Of a stretch of DNA of 64,000 nucleotides, positions 10,544-20,476 are shown piece after piece. Origin of the DNA: Desulfatiglandales bacterium (GTDB lineage: Bacteria > Desulfobacterota > DSM-4660 > Desulfatiglandales > Desulfatiglandaceae); contig OY759599.1 of NCBI GenBank assembly GCA_963662465.1, positions 3,520,001 through 3,584,000 of the forward strand, read 5' to 3'. The notes under the pieces are model-generated. The model saw only the letters and a program-made list of their open reading frames with translations, made no database searches and was not told the DNA's origin. Both the position numbers and the translations under genes were made by a program. The number at the start of each line of letters is the position of its first letter. The first letter of the stretch is position 1.

Positions 10544-10861
10544 CTATATCATTCCTGCAAGGTGTCTGATTCCGTGACGAAACACCTGAAAGCTTTTCGA
10601 GTGATTGGTATCTACATTGATATAAGGGGATATTTTTTCCGCCCATTCGCATTTTGCTTTTCCGGTATGAGGCCAGCCCAATTGTTTCAATTTTTGCGAT
10701 CCTCCTGGATAGACGGCATCGGCCAGTTTCTCCCAGGTTCCGCAAATACTATCTTGCACATAATTGTTCAAAACCTGACCGTTTGGACCAAGAATTTTTT
10801 CTATAATATGCGCCAACGCAATTTTCCCAGACGCATCTTCAACAAGTACCTCAAAATGCAT
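10544..10861 (-). pseudogene. DUF4276-like (TOPRIM-related) protein with in-frame internal deletion
   Basis: MHFEVLVEDASGK..ILGPNGQ joined directly to VLNNYVQDSICGTWEKLADAV; 105 aa; central DxD and IEExEAW region absent. Confidence 0.7.
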
Positions 10862-10865
10862 CACT

Positions 10866-12158
10866 TCACCTCGCATCCAGATAGTCGCTGTACCAAAGGC
10901 CGCCAAGTGGCAGCCCCTCCTCCACCATCGCTTTGACGGTCGCGTCATCGCTTGCCCTATGGATACTTGAAAAGCCATCAGGACCTTTTTCAAGAATCCA
11001 TGTTTCTGCAGGCGAGAGTGCATCGACAAAATAGGGTTGATGTGTTGTGATGAAGAGTTGAGGTGCGTTCTTCTTGCCTGTTGCATGTTCGCGGAATTCA
11101 TTTACAAGTGTTTCCAGCAGCTTATGATATAGACCGTTTTCAGGCTCTTCAACGCAAATGAAGGGCGGAGGCACCGGGTCTTCCAATAAAAGCAGATAGG
11201 CAAATACTTTCAGCGTGCCGTCAGACATTTGCTGCGCATAAAACGGATCATCAAATCCTTTGTCGTTAAATCGAAGAAGCAAACGCTTATCCGGGCTTTC
11301 TTCCGTATCAATTTTGTCGATTCCGGGGATTTTTTTTGCGATACGATTAAGGAGACTCTTAAACCGTTTAGGATGTTCACGCTCCATGAACTGAACGACA
11401 TTTCCGAGATTGTCTCCGTGTATATTCAAGTGTTTTTGTGGACCGGCCAGTGGCAGGCTGCGGGCGGCATCCGGTGTAAAGTAACTTAAATACCATCCTT
11501 CGATGAACTGTCGAAAGGCGGATATGCGGGGATGTTGTTTCAGGGCGCCAAGGGTTGCGATGCCAAGTTTACGCTTGTCTTGCAGTTCAATGATTTCTGT
11601 TTCTTTGCTTTCTTCTTTTCGAGGGATTGCCTCAATTTCCTCAATTAATTTGAATAAATCAAAACCGGCATTACCTTCATCAATCTGCTGCCCCTGTTCG
11701 TCTCCTTTCCATACAACCCCTTTGCCTTCATTCAGCATAAGAAACGAGAAAGGCCAACCATGAGTTTGCCCTTTGCGCCGCTGGCGAAGACGTTCCAGTT
11801 TTACATAGGGACGACCGGTTCTATCCGTGTCAATTGAAAGTTCATAAGTGATCGGCCGGGAATTCCCATCTTGTTTATAATAAACCTGGAATTCAATCGG
11901 GTCATTCATCCCCTGAGAACGAATGCGGTCAAATCCACCCCTTCCTCTTGCATCACAAGCTTCTTCAACACCCAATTTCAGGCAATCAGCAAGAAATCCG
12001 AATGCATCGAACAAAGAACTCTTACCGACCCCGTTTTTACCGATCACAGCAGTCATGGGTGTTAGTGACTGCGCTTGCTGCATATTCCATAGTTTTCCAA
12101 GTGTTACGTCTTTTAATACACGGTAATTTTTTATCCTGAATCCTTCTATTTTTGCCAT
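10866..12158 (-). CDS. AAA_21/AbiEii-like ABC-type ATPase
   Basis: Walker A GKNGVGKS, signature MSDGT, Walker B ICVEEPENGL, ITTHQP; start MAKIEG after AGGAG. Confidence 0.9.
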   Translation of the reverse strand: MAKIEGFRIKNYRVLKDVTLGKLWNMQQAQSLTPMTAVIGKNGVGKSSLFDAFGFLADCLKLGVEEACDARGRGGFDRIRSQGMNDPIEFQVYYKQDGNSRPITYELSIDTDRTGRPYVKLERLRQRRKGQTHGWPFSFLMLNEGKGVVWKGDEQGQQIDEGNAGFDLFKLIEEIEAIPRKEESKETEIIELQDKRKLGIATLGALKQHPRISAFRQFIEGWYLSYFTPDAARSLPLAGPQKHLNIHGDNLGNVVQFMEREHPKRFKSLLNRIAKKIPGIDKIDTEESPDKRLLLRFNDKGFDDPFYAQQMSDGTLKVFAYLLLLEDPVPPPFICVEEPENGLYHKLLETLVNEFREHATGKKNAPQLFITTHQPYFVDALSPAETWILEKGPDGFSSIHRASDDATVKAMVEEGLPLGGLWYSDYLDAR

Positions 12159-12188
12159 AATCACTTTTCTCCTGTTCTCGTTACCGCA

Positions 12189-12239
12189 TTCCTCGAATTC
12201 GCGCATCAGGGGCCGCTCGCGCAGCTTTTCCAGGTCACC
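12189..12239 (-). pseudogene. Scrap of BREX type 3 methyltransferase (PglXI) C-terminal region
   Basis: GDLEKLRERPLMREFEE resembles GDLEKLRE(K/R)ALL(K/R)EFEEY as recalled. Confidence 0.55.
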
Positions 12240-12545
12240 AGTGGTAAGCCGGTGAACCTACAGGGCATGAATGATCCAAAGCGCCATGGGTTCGTAAGCC
12301 GGACGCGTAAAGGCCTTTTGAATGCGGGATTCCAGCACCTGGCTGCAGTCGATGACCACCTTAATATCGGGCGCCGCCCGGAAGGACGGGTTCTCACGGA
12401 GATTGGTCCAGCATGTGTCGTAGGCAATGAGACCGGACTGATTCTCGGGCAGGTCTTGATCAAGCATCTTCTTCATGTCCAAAGACAGCGTCTTCAGCAC
12501 CTCGCGCTTCTCCACCGCAGTCACCCGCTCAAAGGTATCAATCAC
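12234..12545 (-). pseudogene. Internal remnant of BREX type 3 BrxC/PglY-like ATPase (DUF6079)
   Basis: [20 protein letters not shown]...[39 protein letters not shown], with a nonsense codon at 12258-12260. Confidence 0.75.
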
Positions 12546-12706
12546 ATCGGCATTTCCGACGATTTCCCAAAGAAGACTGAGCAGTTGTCCACTGGCGCGC
12601 TGTCAAATCCAGCATCCGACGCGACCACCAACATCAGCCGGTCATAAAACTCAACAATCTGCTTGTACTTTCCTATGATCTGATCAACGAGAGATACCGC
12701 CCTCAT
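12543..12706 (-). pseudogene. Remnant of BREX type 3 BrxF P-loop protein
   Basis: Three frames give LVDQIIGKYKQIVEFYDRLMLVVA / RMLDLTARQ / [17 protein letters not shown]-loop deleted. Confidence 0.6.
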
Positions 12707-13118
12707 TGTTATCTTCCTGCATTTCGGTTAAAATTCTATGTGGGCAAACAATTTAGACATTTTGGAAACTTGCTTGGAATATTGATTTTTAAAAATCGAA
12801 CAGATCAATTTACCTACGGACAATATTCAATGTATACAACATCATTTATGCCAAAAAAGTCAATGGGAATGCAAAACATGGCTGCAAAACTGATAGATTC
12901 AATGCACCTCTTTCTACAAAACAGGCATTATTCAATACGCACCGGACGAAGCTACTGCATGTGGGTGAAACAGTCCATAAAATTTCACAAGAGGCTCGCA
13001 TGAAAAATAAATACCTCCCGGCAGCCAAGCGCAAACATATGGGGGTTGAAAAAAAAATCTCCAATTCCTATATTGTCGAAACCGGATTCATAGAGCCCTT
13101 ACAGAGGAGTTTACCATT

Positions 13119-14855
13119 TTGAGCTGCAAAATTACGTTGAAGGATGCATACAAGGGTTATACTTTTGACCAGGACAAAATTGTAACACCCGAAGAAACCG
13201 TCAGGCGTTTCAAAAACAAACTCAAAAAGATGGATCTGGATATCCTGGAAGAAACCGTTCGCATCGATAACGGCAGACTGGATATCCCTGTTTACTTCAG
13301 TGTTTGCGGGCGTGACGCCCTAGACATCATTGGAACCAAAAAACAGATGGGCAAGGGAGGGACTCCCAGCCAGTCCGAAGCCAGTGCGATAATGGAACTG
13401 GCGGAACGGTTCAGTTTTTTCAGTTTTTCGAAAAACCCCGCCAATTTCCGGGTAGATACTTATCGAAATGTGAAAAATACGGCCCTCCCCTTTGAAACCA
13501 TCGCCAAATCCGTGCATGATGATTTCCATGAACTGGACAGGGCCCGGGAAATATTTGAAGAACTCCCCCTCAAATGGACCCTTGGCTGCAACATGACAAA
13601 AGATCAGGAAGTTCTGATCCCTTTTGACTGGTTTTTTGCCATTAATGAATTCAATGGGCCGTCAGCCGGAAACTGCGTCGAGGAAGCCATGAGCCAGGGG
13701 ATCTGCGAACTGGTGGAGCGGCATGTATCCTCCATTATCAGCCGGGAACATCTGAACGTACCGGCCATTGATCTGGGGACGGTCTCGGATGCACTCACAT
13801 GCGAACTGATTTCAAAATTCCGGAAAGCCGGCGTTCAACTCTTTGCATCGGATTTTTCCCTGAACACCGGCATTCCGTCCGTAGGGGTGCTGGCCTACGA
13901 CCCCACCACCTTCCCTGAGAAAAGTGAAATCGTATGGACGGCAGGCACAACCCCCGATCCCCAGAAATCCTTGAGCCGGGCGCTAACCGAGGTGGCCCAA
14001 CTGGCCGGGGATTTCAACTCCGGTTCCAACTACGTAGCCAGCGGCCTTCCCAAATTCCGGGATCTTGCGGACGCCGATTTTATCCTGAACCCGGATCACA
14101 CGGTTCCCATTTCAAACCTTCCTTCTTTAGGCAACAATAACATCAAGATGGAGGTGCAAAACTGCATCGCGGCGCTAAATACCATGGCCATGGAGGTATT
14201 TGCCATCGATGTAATGCACCCAGGTCTTGAAATTCCGGCGTTTTATTCCATAATTCCGGGTGCCCATTTCAGGGAACGGGCTGTGGGAACCAGCGTGGGC
14301 ATGTTTTGCGCAAAGCTGATTTCCCAGGCAGACAGTACCTCATGGGCCATCGACCAATTGAACAAAATGGACCGGTTGCTGCCCGATAAATACTATGTTA
14401 AATTTTTCCTGGGATTGGCCCATATTTCTCTAAACAACCCCCGAAAAGCCCTTGAATTTTTGGAAGAAGCCCTGAAGTTAAACCCCAAACGGGAGGACCT
14501 ACCAAGCATCTATTCCTATATGGGGGTTTGCCTGAGGGATATGGAACAGTACCCTAAAGCCCTCATTGCCCTTGAAAAAGGGGTGGCCATCGACCCGGAA
14601 CGAACGGACATTCACAATCTCATGGGGTTTTGCTACTTCAAGCTGAAGGAGCATATCAAAGCCATAGAGGCGTTTCACAAAGTCCTGGAACTGGACCCCG
14701 CATCCGCCATCGATTACGCCAACATCGCATCCAATTATCGGGACATGGGCAATAAAGACATGGCCGTCCGTTTTTATAAATTCGCGCTGGAACTGGACGA
14801 ATCCATTGATTTTGCCAGGGACAATTTAAAGAAACTGGAAGGAAAACAGGGATGA
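13119..14855 (+). CDS. YcaO-family protein with C-terminal TPR repeats
   Basis: MGKG..SAIMELAERFS, NGPSAGN..ELVERH, RALTEVAQ motifs; about 4 TPRs; TTG start after GAGGAG. Confidence 0.9.
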   Translation: MSCKITLKDAYKGYTFDQDKIVTPEETVRRFKNKLKKMDLDILEETVRIDNGRLDIPVYFSVCGRDALDIIGTKKQMGKGGTPSQSEASAIMELAERFSFFSFSKNPANFRVDTYRNVKNTALPFETIAKSVHDDFHELDRAREIFEELPLKWTLGCNMTKDQEVLIPFDWFFAINEFNGPSAGNCVEEAMSQGICELVERHVSSIISREHLNVPAIDLGTVSDALTCELISKFRKAGVQLFASDFSLNTGIPSVGVLAYDPTTFPEKSEIVWTAGTTPDPQKSLSRALTEVAQLAGDFNSGSNYVASGLPKFRDLADADFILNPDHTVPISNLPSLGNNNIKMEVQNCIAALNTMAMEVFAIDVMHPGLEIPAFYSIIPGAHFRERAVGTSVGMFCAKLISQADSTSWAIDQLNKMDRLLPDKYYVKFFLGLAHISLNNPRKALEFLEEALKLNPKREDLPSIYSYMGVCLRDMEQYPKALIALEKGVAIDPERTDIHNLMGFCYFKLKEHIKAIEAFHKVLELDPASAIDYANIASNYRDMGNKDMAVRFYKFALELDESIDFARDNLKKLEGKQG

Positions 14856-14908
14856 GGCGAAAGCCCGACATCCGCATACAAAAAAACAATTCAACAGGAA
14901 GGAAACGC

Positions 14909-15859
14909 ATGATCGAGGTCAAACATCTCACCAAATGTTTCGGAGAAAAGGTGGCGGTAAATGACATCGCTTTTACCGTGAGCCGGGGAGAAGTGCTGGG
15001 CTTCTTAGGACCCAACGCCGCGGGAAAATCAACCACCATGCGGATGATTACCGGTTTTCTCCCCCCCACCTCGGGAACGGCCATCATCGGGGGAAACGAT
15101 ATCATCCAAGACTCATTGAAGGCACGGAAAAAAATCGGATACCTCCCCGAGAATGCCCCGGCCTACCCGGATATGACGGTGGTGGGTTTTCTGGAATTTA
15201 TCGCCGGCATCAGGGGCTTTTCAGGGGCTTCAAAAAAAGCAAGAATCGAAGACACCCTGACCCGATGCTTTCTCACGGAAGTTCGGTTTCAGACCATCAA
15301 CACCCTGAGCAAGGGGTTCAAGCAGCGGGTCTGTTTTGCACAGAGCATCCTTCATGATCCCGAATATCTGATCATGGACGAACCCACGGATGGTCTCGAT
15401 CCCAACCAGAAGCACGAAGTGCGAACCATGATTCAAGAAATGGCGAGGGATAAAACCATCATTTTGTCAACGCATATTCTCGAAGAAGTGGATGCCCTCT
15501 GTTCGCGGGTGATTATCATCGCCAACGGCCGGATTGTGGCGGACGACACCCCGCTGAACTTAAAAGCCAATTCACCCCTTCATGGGGCGCTCTGCTTTAC
15601 AGTGCGAAAAGCGGGTGAAAAAAGTGCCGTGGATTTGATGGAACGGTTGACGGCAGTTCAAAAAGCGACCATTGTCAGCGAAAACGCAACCCAAATCACA
15701 ATCCGCGTGTTTCCCGCTGCATCATCCCCTGCCAACGCCGTCATGGGCGCTCTCATTGAAAACGGGTTTGCCATTGATACTTTTTCCGTTGAAACCGGAC
15801 GTTTGGACGAGGTGTTTCGAAGGTTCACAAAACCTGATGCCGGGGAGGTGGACAGATGA
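14909..15859 (+). CDS. ABC transporter ATP-binding protein (GldA-like)
   Basis: GPNAAGKST, LSKGFKQR, MDEPTDGLDP. Confidence 0.9.
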   Translation: MIEVKHLTKCFGEKVAVNDIAFTVSRGEVLGFLGPNAAGKSTTMRMITGFLPPTSGTAIIGGNDIIQDSLKARKKIGYLPENAPAYPDMTVVGFLEFIAGIRGFSGASKKARIEDTLTRCFLTEVRFQTINTLSKGFKQRVCFAQSILHDPEYLIMDEPTDGLDPNQKHEVRTMIQEMARDKTIILSTHILEEVDALCSRVIIIANGRIVADDTPLNLKANSPLHGALCFTVRKAGEKSAVDLMERLTAVQKATIVSENATQITIRVFPAASSPANAVMGALIENGFAIDTFSVETGRLDEVFRRFTKPDAGEVDR

Positions 15860-16602
15860 ACGATTTTTTGAGAAATACGACAGGCATTTTAAAAAGGGAA
15901 TTCGCCGGATATTTCGGAAGTCCGGTGGCCTACGTTTTTATTGTTATTTTTCTTCTGCTGAACGGATTTTTCACCTTTTCCCTCAGTAATTTCTATGAAA
16001 TGGGGCAGGCGGATCTTCGGGCGTTTTTTGGATGGCACCCCTGGATTTTCCTCTTTTTAATCCCCGCCGTGGCCATGCGGCTCTGGGCCGAAGAGCGGCG
16101 GACCGGCACCATCGAGCTGATCCTGACCCTGCCGGTCACCCTGCCACAGGTCATCCTGGGGAAGTTTCTGGCAGCCTGGTTGTTTACAGGCGTTGCCCTG
16201 TTCCTCACCTTCCCCATGGTATTGACCGTGAATTATCTGGGGAACCCTGATCTGGGCGCCATCTTCTGCGCCTATTGCGGCAGCTTTCTCATGGCGGGCG
16301 CCTACCTGAGTGTGGGAAACATGACGTCTGCCCTGACCCGGAACCAGGTCATCAGCTTCATCCTGTCCGTGGTCATCTGTCTTTTTCTGGTGCTGGCCGG
16401 CTGGCCGCCCATTACCAATATCCTGTCGGGCTGGGCCCCGGCATGGCTGGTGGATGTGGTGGCGGGTTTCAGCTTCATGCCCCATTTTACCGCCATGGAA
16501 CGGGGCGTGATCGATTTGAGGGATCTTTGTTATTATTTTTCCGTCATCTTCTTTATGCTCTTTGCAGGTGGCGTGGTCCTTCAAAACCGCAGGGCATCTT
16601 AA
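15856..16602 (+). CDS. ABC-2 permease (GldF-like)
   Basis: SPVAYVF, MRLWAEERRTGTIE, six TM segments. Confidence 0.9.
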   Translation: MNDFLRNTTGILKREFAGYFGSPVAYVFIVIFLLLNGFFTFSLSNFYEMGQADLRAFFGWHPWIFLFLIPAVAMRLWAEERRTGTIELILTLPVTLPQVILGKFLAAWLFTGVALFLTFPMVLTVNYLGNPDLGAIFCAYCGSFLMAGAYLSVGNMTSALTRNQVISFILSVVICLFLVLAGWPPITNILSGWAPAWLVDVVAGFSFMPHFTAMERGVIDLRDLCYYFSVIFFMLFAGGVVLQNRRAS

Positions 16603-16825
16603 AAATAATTCTACTTTGTCACTCTCCATTTGAGGGTTATTTTCAATATATGCTATTGATTTAATTTATATTTTTCTCTTGACATGGTCAGAATAACATG
16701 TTAGTTTCGACCCATGAAAAAACGAAATCAATGGGGCGTTGGTATGAGTACCAACAGCCCACCAGAACAATCGTAGTCTTGATAAAGGAGCGACCCATGC
16801 CAACAGCCCCCTCGGGGGCATAGAT

Positions 16826-18151
16826 GTGTATTTTGGTGAGTTCCACGATAGATATTCTCCGTTATTTCAAACACATAGCAGAGTAGCGGCAAGAAAGTCT
16901 CTTCAATATTTTAAAGGCTTGGTCCAAGCAAAGAAAAAGAACATGGAGCGGATGGCCGAGGCTGTTCCTTTTTCAGATGATCAAGCTCTTCAACATTTTT
17001 TGACAAATTCTCGGTGGGATGAACAACTGATTGTCGACCAAATTGCGGCAGACGCAAACAATCATATTGGGGGAAAACAAGACAGCTGTTTGATCATTGA
17101 TGAAACGGGGTTCCCCAAGAAAGGAGATAAGTCGGTTGGGGTTAAAAGGCAGTGGTGTGGGCAACTTGGGAAGGTAGACAATTGTCAGGTAGGCGTTTTT
17201 TCAGCGCTTGGGTGCAGGGAACACGCTACTCCTGTTGGCTTCAAATTGTACCTTCCGGAAGACTGGACTGATGATAAGGAAAGATGTAAAGCTGCTGGTA
17301 TTCCAGATGAATCCATTGTTTTTTACAGCAAGCATGACCTTGCTTTCCAGCTGGTCCTTGAGGCCCGGAAACAGGGCATTCAATTCGGCTGGGTCGGTGC
17401 AGATGGTTTCTACGGGGAAAGCCCTGCCTTTTTACGGTCTTTGGATCAAATCAATGAAACCTTCATGATTGACGTTCATAAGAATCAACGTATTTATCTC
17501 GAAAACCCGGAGCCGGTAGTTCCACAGAGAAGATCAAATAAAGGTCCAGAGCCGAAAAAGGCAAAAGCCCAAACAGAACCTGTCAGGGTCGATAAGTGGT
17601 CAGAACAACAGCCGGAAGATGCTTGGCAGAGAACGAATGTAAGAGACACGACCAAGGGAAAGCTTCAGGTCGACGTTCTGCATAGACGTGTATGGCTTTG
17701 GGACGGGGAGGAACTGGAGGCACATTGTTGGCACCTGATTGTTCGGAGGGAGGTTGCTGGAAATAAAGTAAAATTTACTTTGAGCAATGCTCCAGAGAAC
17801 ACTTCGCTGGAACGTTTGATATTTATGCAGGCACAGCGCTACTGGATAGAGCGTTCATTTCAAGACGCAAAGGTTGAATGTGGTTTAGGGGAGTACCAGG
17901 TGCGAAAGTGGCGGAGTTGGCATCACCACATGGCAATGGTCATGATGGCAATGCTATTTTTATTAGAGCAACGCCTTTTATATAAAAGGGATATCCCCTT
18001 ATTGAGTTGTTTTGACATTGTTTGCATTCTTTCATTTCTTTTACCCCAAAGAGCCTTCACAACGGATGAAGTTTTTCGGCAAATGGAAATTCGCCACAAA
18101 AAGCGTCAATCTGCAATTGACTCAGCATATCGTAAACAGCTCGCAGAATAA
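16826..18151 (+). CDS. IS701-family DDE transposase
   Basis: IIDETGFPKKGDKSVGVKRQWCGQLGKVDNCQ, ADGFYG, RYWIERSFQDAK, WHHHMAM. Confidence 0.93.
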   Translation: MYFGEFHDRYSPLFQTHSRVAARKSLQYFKGLVQAKKKNMERMAEAVPFSDDQALQHFLTNSRWDEQLIVDQIAADANNHIGGKQDSCLIIDETGFPKKGDKSVGVKRQWCGQLGKVDNCQVGVFSALGCREHATPVGFKLYLPEDWTDDKERCKAAGIPDESIVFYSKHDLAFQLVLEARKQGIQFGWVGADGFYGESPAFLRSLDQINETFMIDVHKNQRIYLENPEPVVPQRRSNKGPEPKKAKAQTEPVRVDKWSEQQPEDAWQRTNVRDTTKGKLQVDVLHRRVWLWDGEELEAHCWHLIVRREVAGNKVKFTLSNAPENTSLERLIFMQAQRYWIERSFQDAKVECGLGEYQVRKWRSWHHHMAMVMMAMLFLLEQRLLYKRDIPLLSCFDIVCILSFLLPQRAFTTDEVFRQMEIRHKKRQSAIDSAYRKQLAE

Positions 18152-18308
18152 GCGGAAGGTTGGTTGTGGGAAAGCAGCAATTCTAATTACGGCTTTTGAG
18201 TTAAGCCGCAGTTTGTTTTTTTTGTTGCCATTCACGGGTAGCGAATTCACCTTATTCCCAGATTCTGTTCAGGAATAAGGGAAAAAACATTAGGCGCTGG
18301 ATGTTATT

Positions 18309-18399
18309 GTAGGGGCAAGCCCCTGTGCCTGCCCTGCTGATGCTGTCCAAACGCCTTAATAGAGGACAAGCAGGGTAACCACGGGGGGATTGCCCCTAC
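18309..18399. repeat. REPIN-like inverted pair of GTAG REPs inside the IS701 element
   Basis: GTAGGGGCAAGCCCCTGTGCCTGCCCT ... AGGGTAACCACGGGGGGATTGCCCCTAC. Confidence 0.75.
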
Positions 18400-18565
18400 G
18401 GCACGACATAAAACTGGATGTGTAATGAGATGTGTTTGTGGGAGCAACTTTCAGAACTACGAGAAATTGTGGAGGAATGCCGTCTGTACTGCGTTTTGCG
18501 ATTAAACGACATCATAATGAGAATTGCTGGTGGGAAAGTGACAAAGTAGAAATAAGGAGGATTTC

Positions 18566-20476
18566 ATGACAACCCCAAAAGACAAGACCCTCAAGAAAAC
18601 CTTCCTCTCCATAACGGGGCTGGTAGTACTGTTTCTGATTTTAATCCTGGTAAACATCATCGCCTCTTATGCCAATGTACGCTGGGACGCCACCGAAGAC
18701 CAAAGCTATTCCCTGTCCAGGGGCACTCAAAACATCCTGTCTTCCATGACACAACCGGTCAACATCAAATTTTTCTACTCCGGGAGTAATCCGAATATAC
18801 CTGTCAACATCAAACGATATGCGCGCCAGGTGCAGGATTTTCTCTCCGAATACCAGAATGAAAGCAAGGGAATGATCAAGGTTGAGATGCTGGATCCCAA
18901 GCCGGATTCGGACGAGGAGGAATGGGCTGAAAGATATGGCATTCAGCCCATTCAGGCCCCGGGTGGGGAAAAATTATTCAGCGGACTGGTTTTCACATGC
19001 GCCGACCAGGAAGACACCATCGACTGGCTCGATCCCTCCAAGGAACAGACCCTGGAATATGACCTCACCAGCATCATTTTGGGATTGCAGAATCCGGCAA
19101 AAAAGAGTGTCGGCATCATCAGCGCCCTTCCGGTTTTCGGCTCCCGGGGCAGATCCCCCGGACCTGGGCAGCCCCCAACTCCCCCATGGATTTTCGTCAC
19201 GGAAATGAAAAAGAGTTATGACGTTCAGGAAATCAAATCCTCGGTTCGGTTGATCAATCCGAAGCTCGACCTGCTCATGGTGGTATTTCCCAAAGACCTG
19301 GACCCCCAGTTGGAATACGCCATCGACCAGTATGTTCTCTCCGGCGGCCATGCGTTAATTTTCCTGGATCCCCTGTGCGTTTCCTACAGAACGGGAGGAC
19401 AACAGGATTTCATGCGATCCTCCGGCAACGCCCTGAGCAGACTATTGACGGCATGGGGCATCAGGATGGATGCCGCAAAGGCCATCGCGGACTTCGGACA
19501 AGCCACCCAGGTTCGAACCGCCAACGCAGGCGTGGAGGAAAATCCCCTGATGATTTCCGCCAGAGGAGAAGCCTTCAACCGGAAAGAGGTGATCACCGCG
19601 GGTCTTGAAAACATGCTTTTTCCAGTGGCCGGCGGCATCATGAGGGTGAACGGAACGGATAAAGAGGCACCCGCCGACGGTTACGCATTTGAACCCCTGG
19701 TAACCTCCAGCAAAGATGCGGCCATGACCGATGCCTTCAAGGCCTTCTTAGGGCTTGATGCCGTCAAAAAAGACTTTATCCCGGCGGAAAAGCGGTTCAA
19801 TATTATCGTTCGGGTTCAAGGCCGTTTTAAAACCGCTTTTCCCGAAGGCCCCCCAAAGCCGGATGATCCGGACACGCCGCCCGTGGATGAAGCCCAATAC
19901 CCCCAACTGAAAGAAGGGAAAAAACCGGCAGCCCTTGTGATCGTCTCCGATGCGGATATGCTGGCGGATAACTTTTATGTCCAGCGGCGCAATTTTTTCG
20001 GTGTCGCCGTATCTGAGATGTTCAACGATAACCTGAATTTTCTATCCAATTCTTCCGAATTGCTCACCGGTTCGGACGACCTGATCGGGCTAAGGTCCCG
20101 GGGGAAACTTGAACGGCCCTTTACCGTGGTGCTGGAACTGAAAAAACGCGCCAAAGCCCAGTGGCTCAGCAAAGAAAAAGAGTTGGTGCAACAGATCGAG
20201 GAGACCAACCGGAAACTTCAGCAGCTGGAGACGGAAAAGGACGCATCCCAAAAAATGATTATCAGTCCGCAACAGGAAGCGGAAATCGCAAAGTTCAAGG
20301 AACAGAAACAGCAGATCAGCCGGGAATTGAAACAGGTTCGAAAAAACCTGCGCGCGGATATCGAAACCCTTGGAACATCCCTAAAGGGGCTCAACATATT
20401 TCTGATGCCGCTGCTGGTCAGCCTTGTGGGCATCTGTTTTGCCGTTTACAAACGCAGAAAATTGAGGAGAAGATGA
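18566..20476 (+). CDS. GldG-like ABC transporter auxiliary component
   Basis: N-terminal TM, WDATEDQSYSLS, LEYDLT, AIDQYVLSGG, coiled coil, C-terminal TM. Confidence 0.9.
   Translation: MTTPKDKTLKKTFLSITGLVVLFLILILVNIIASYANVRWDATEDQSYSLSRGTQNILSSMTQPVNIKFFYSGSNPNIPVNIKRYARQVQDFLSEYQNESKGMIKVEMLDPKPDSDEEEWAERYGIQPIQAPGGEKLFSGLVFTCADQEDTIDWLDPSKEQTLEYDLTSIILGLQNPAKKSVGIISALPVFGSRGRSPGPGQPPTPPWIFVTEMKKSYDVQEIKSSVRLINPKLDLLMVVFPKDLDPQLEYAIDQYVLSGGHALIFLDPLCVSYRTGGQQDFMRSSGNALSRLLTAWGIRMDAAKAIADFGQATQVRTANAGVEENPLMISARGEAFNRKEVITAGLENMLFPVAGGIMRVNGTDKEAPADGYAFEPLVTSSKDAAMTDAFKAFLGLDAVKKDFIPAEKRFNIIVRVQGRFKTAFPEGPPKPDDPDTPPVDEAQYPQLKEGKKPAALVIVSDADMLADNFYVQRRNFFGVAVSEMFNDNLNFLSNSSELLTGSDDLIGLRSRGKLERPFTVVLELKKRAKAQWLSKEKELVQQIEETNRKLQQLETEKDASQKMIISPQQEAEIAKFKEQKQQISRELKQVRKNLRADIETLGTSLKGLNIFLMPLLVSLVGICFAVYKRRKLRRR

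Larger units (their letters stand above)
16609..18551 (+). mobile_element. IS701-family insertion sequence
   Basis: Terminal IRs TTCTACTTTGTCACT(C/T)TCC; ATAA direct repeat on both flanks (16605-16608, 18552-18555). Confidence 0.88.

Noticed and set aside
12159..12206. ATPase start at 12206 (MREFEE..)
   Set aside because: That peptide belongs to the pglXI-like scrap; the RBS supports ATG 12158
12258..12260. Pyrrolysine readthrough of the TAG in the DUF6079-like scrap
   Set aside because: Lies in a heavily deleted pseudogene where Ser is expected; a simple nonsense change suffices
12740..13064. RiPP precursor ORF upstream of YcaO
   Set aside because: No RBS or leader/core pattern; AT-rich, promoter-like region
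20161..20472. 485-aa version of the DUF4340 gene
   Set aside because: Overlaps the gldG-like gene by 300 nt; the ATGA-coupled start at 20473 gives a proper N-terminal TM
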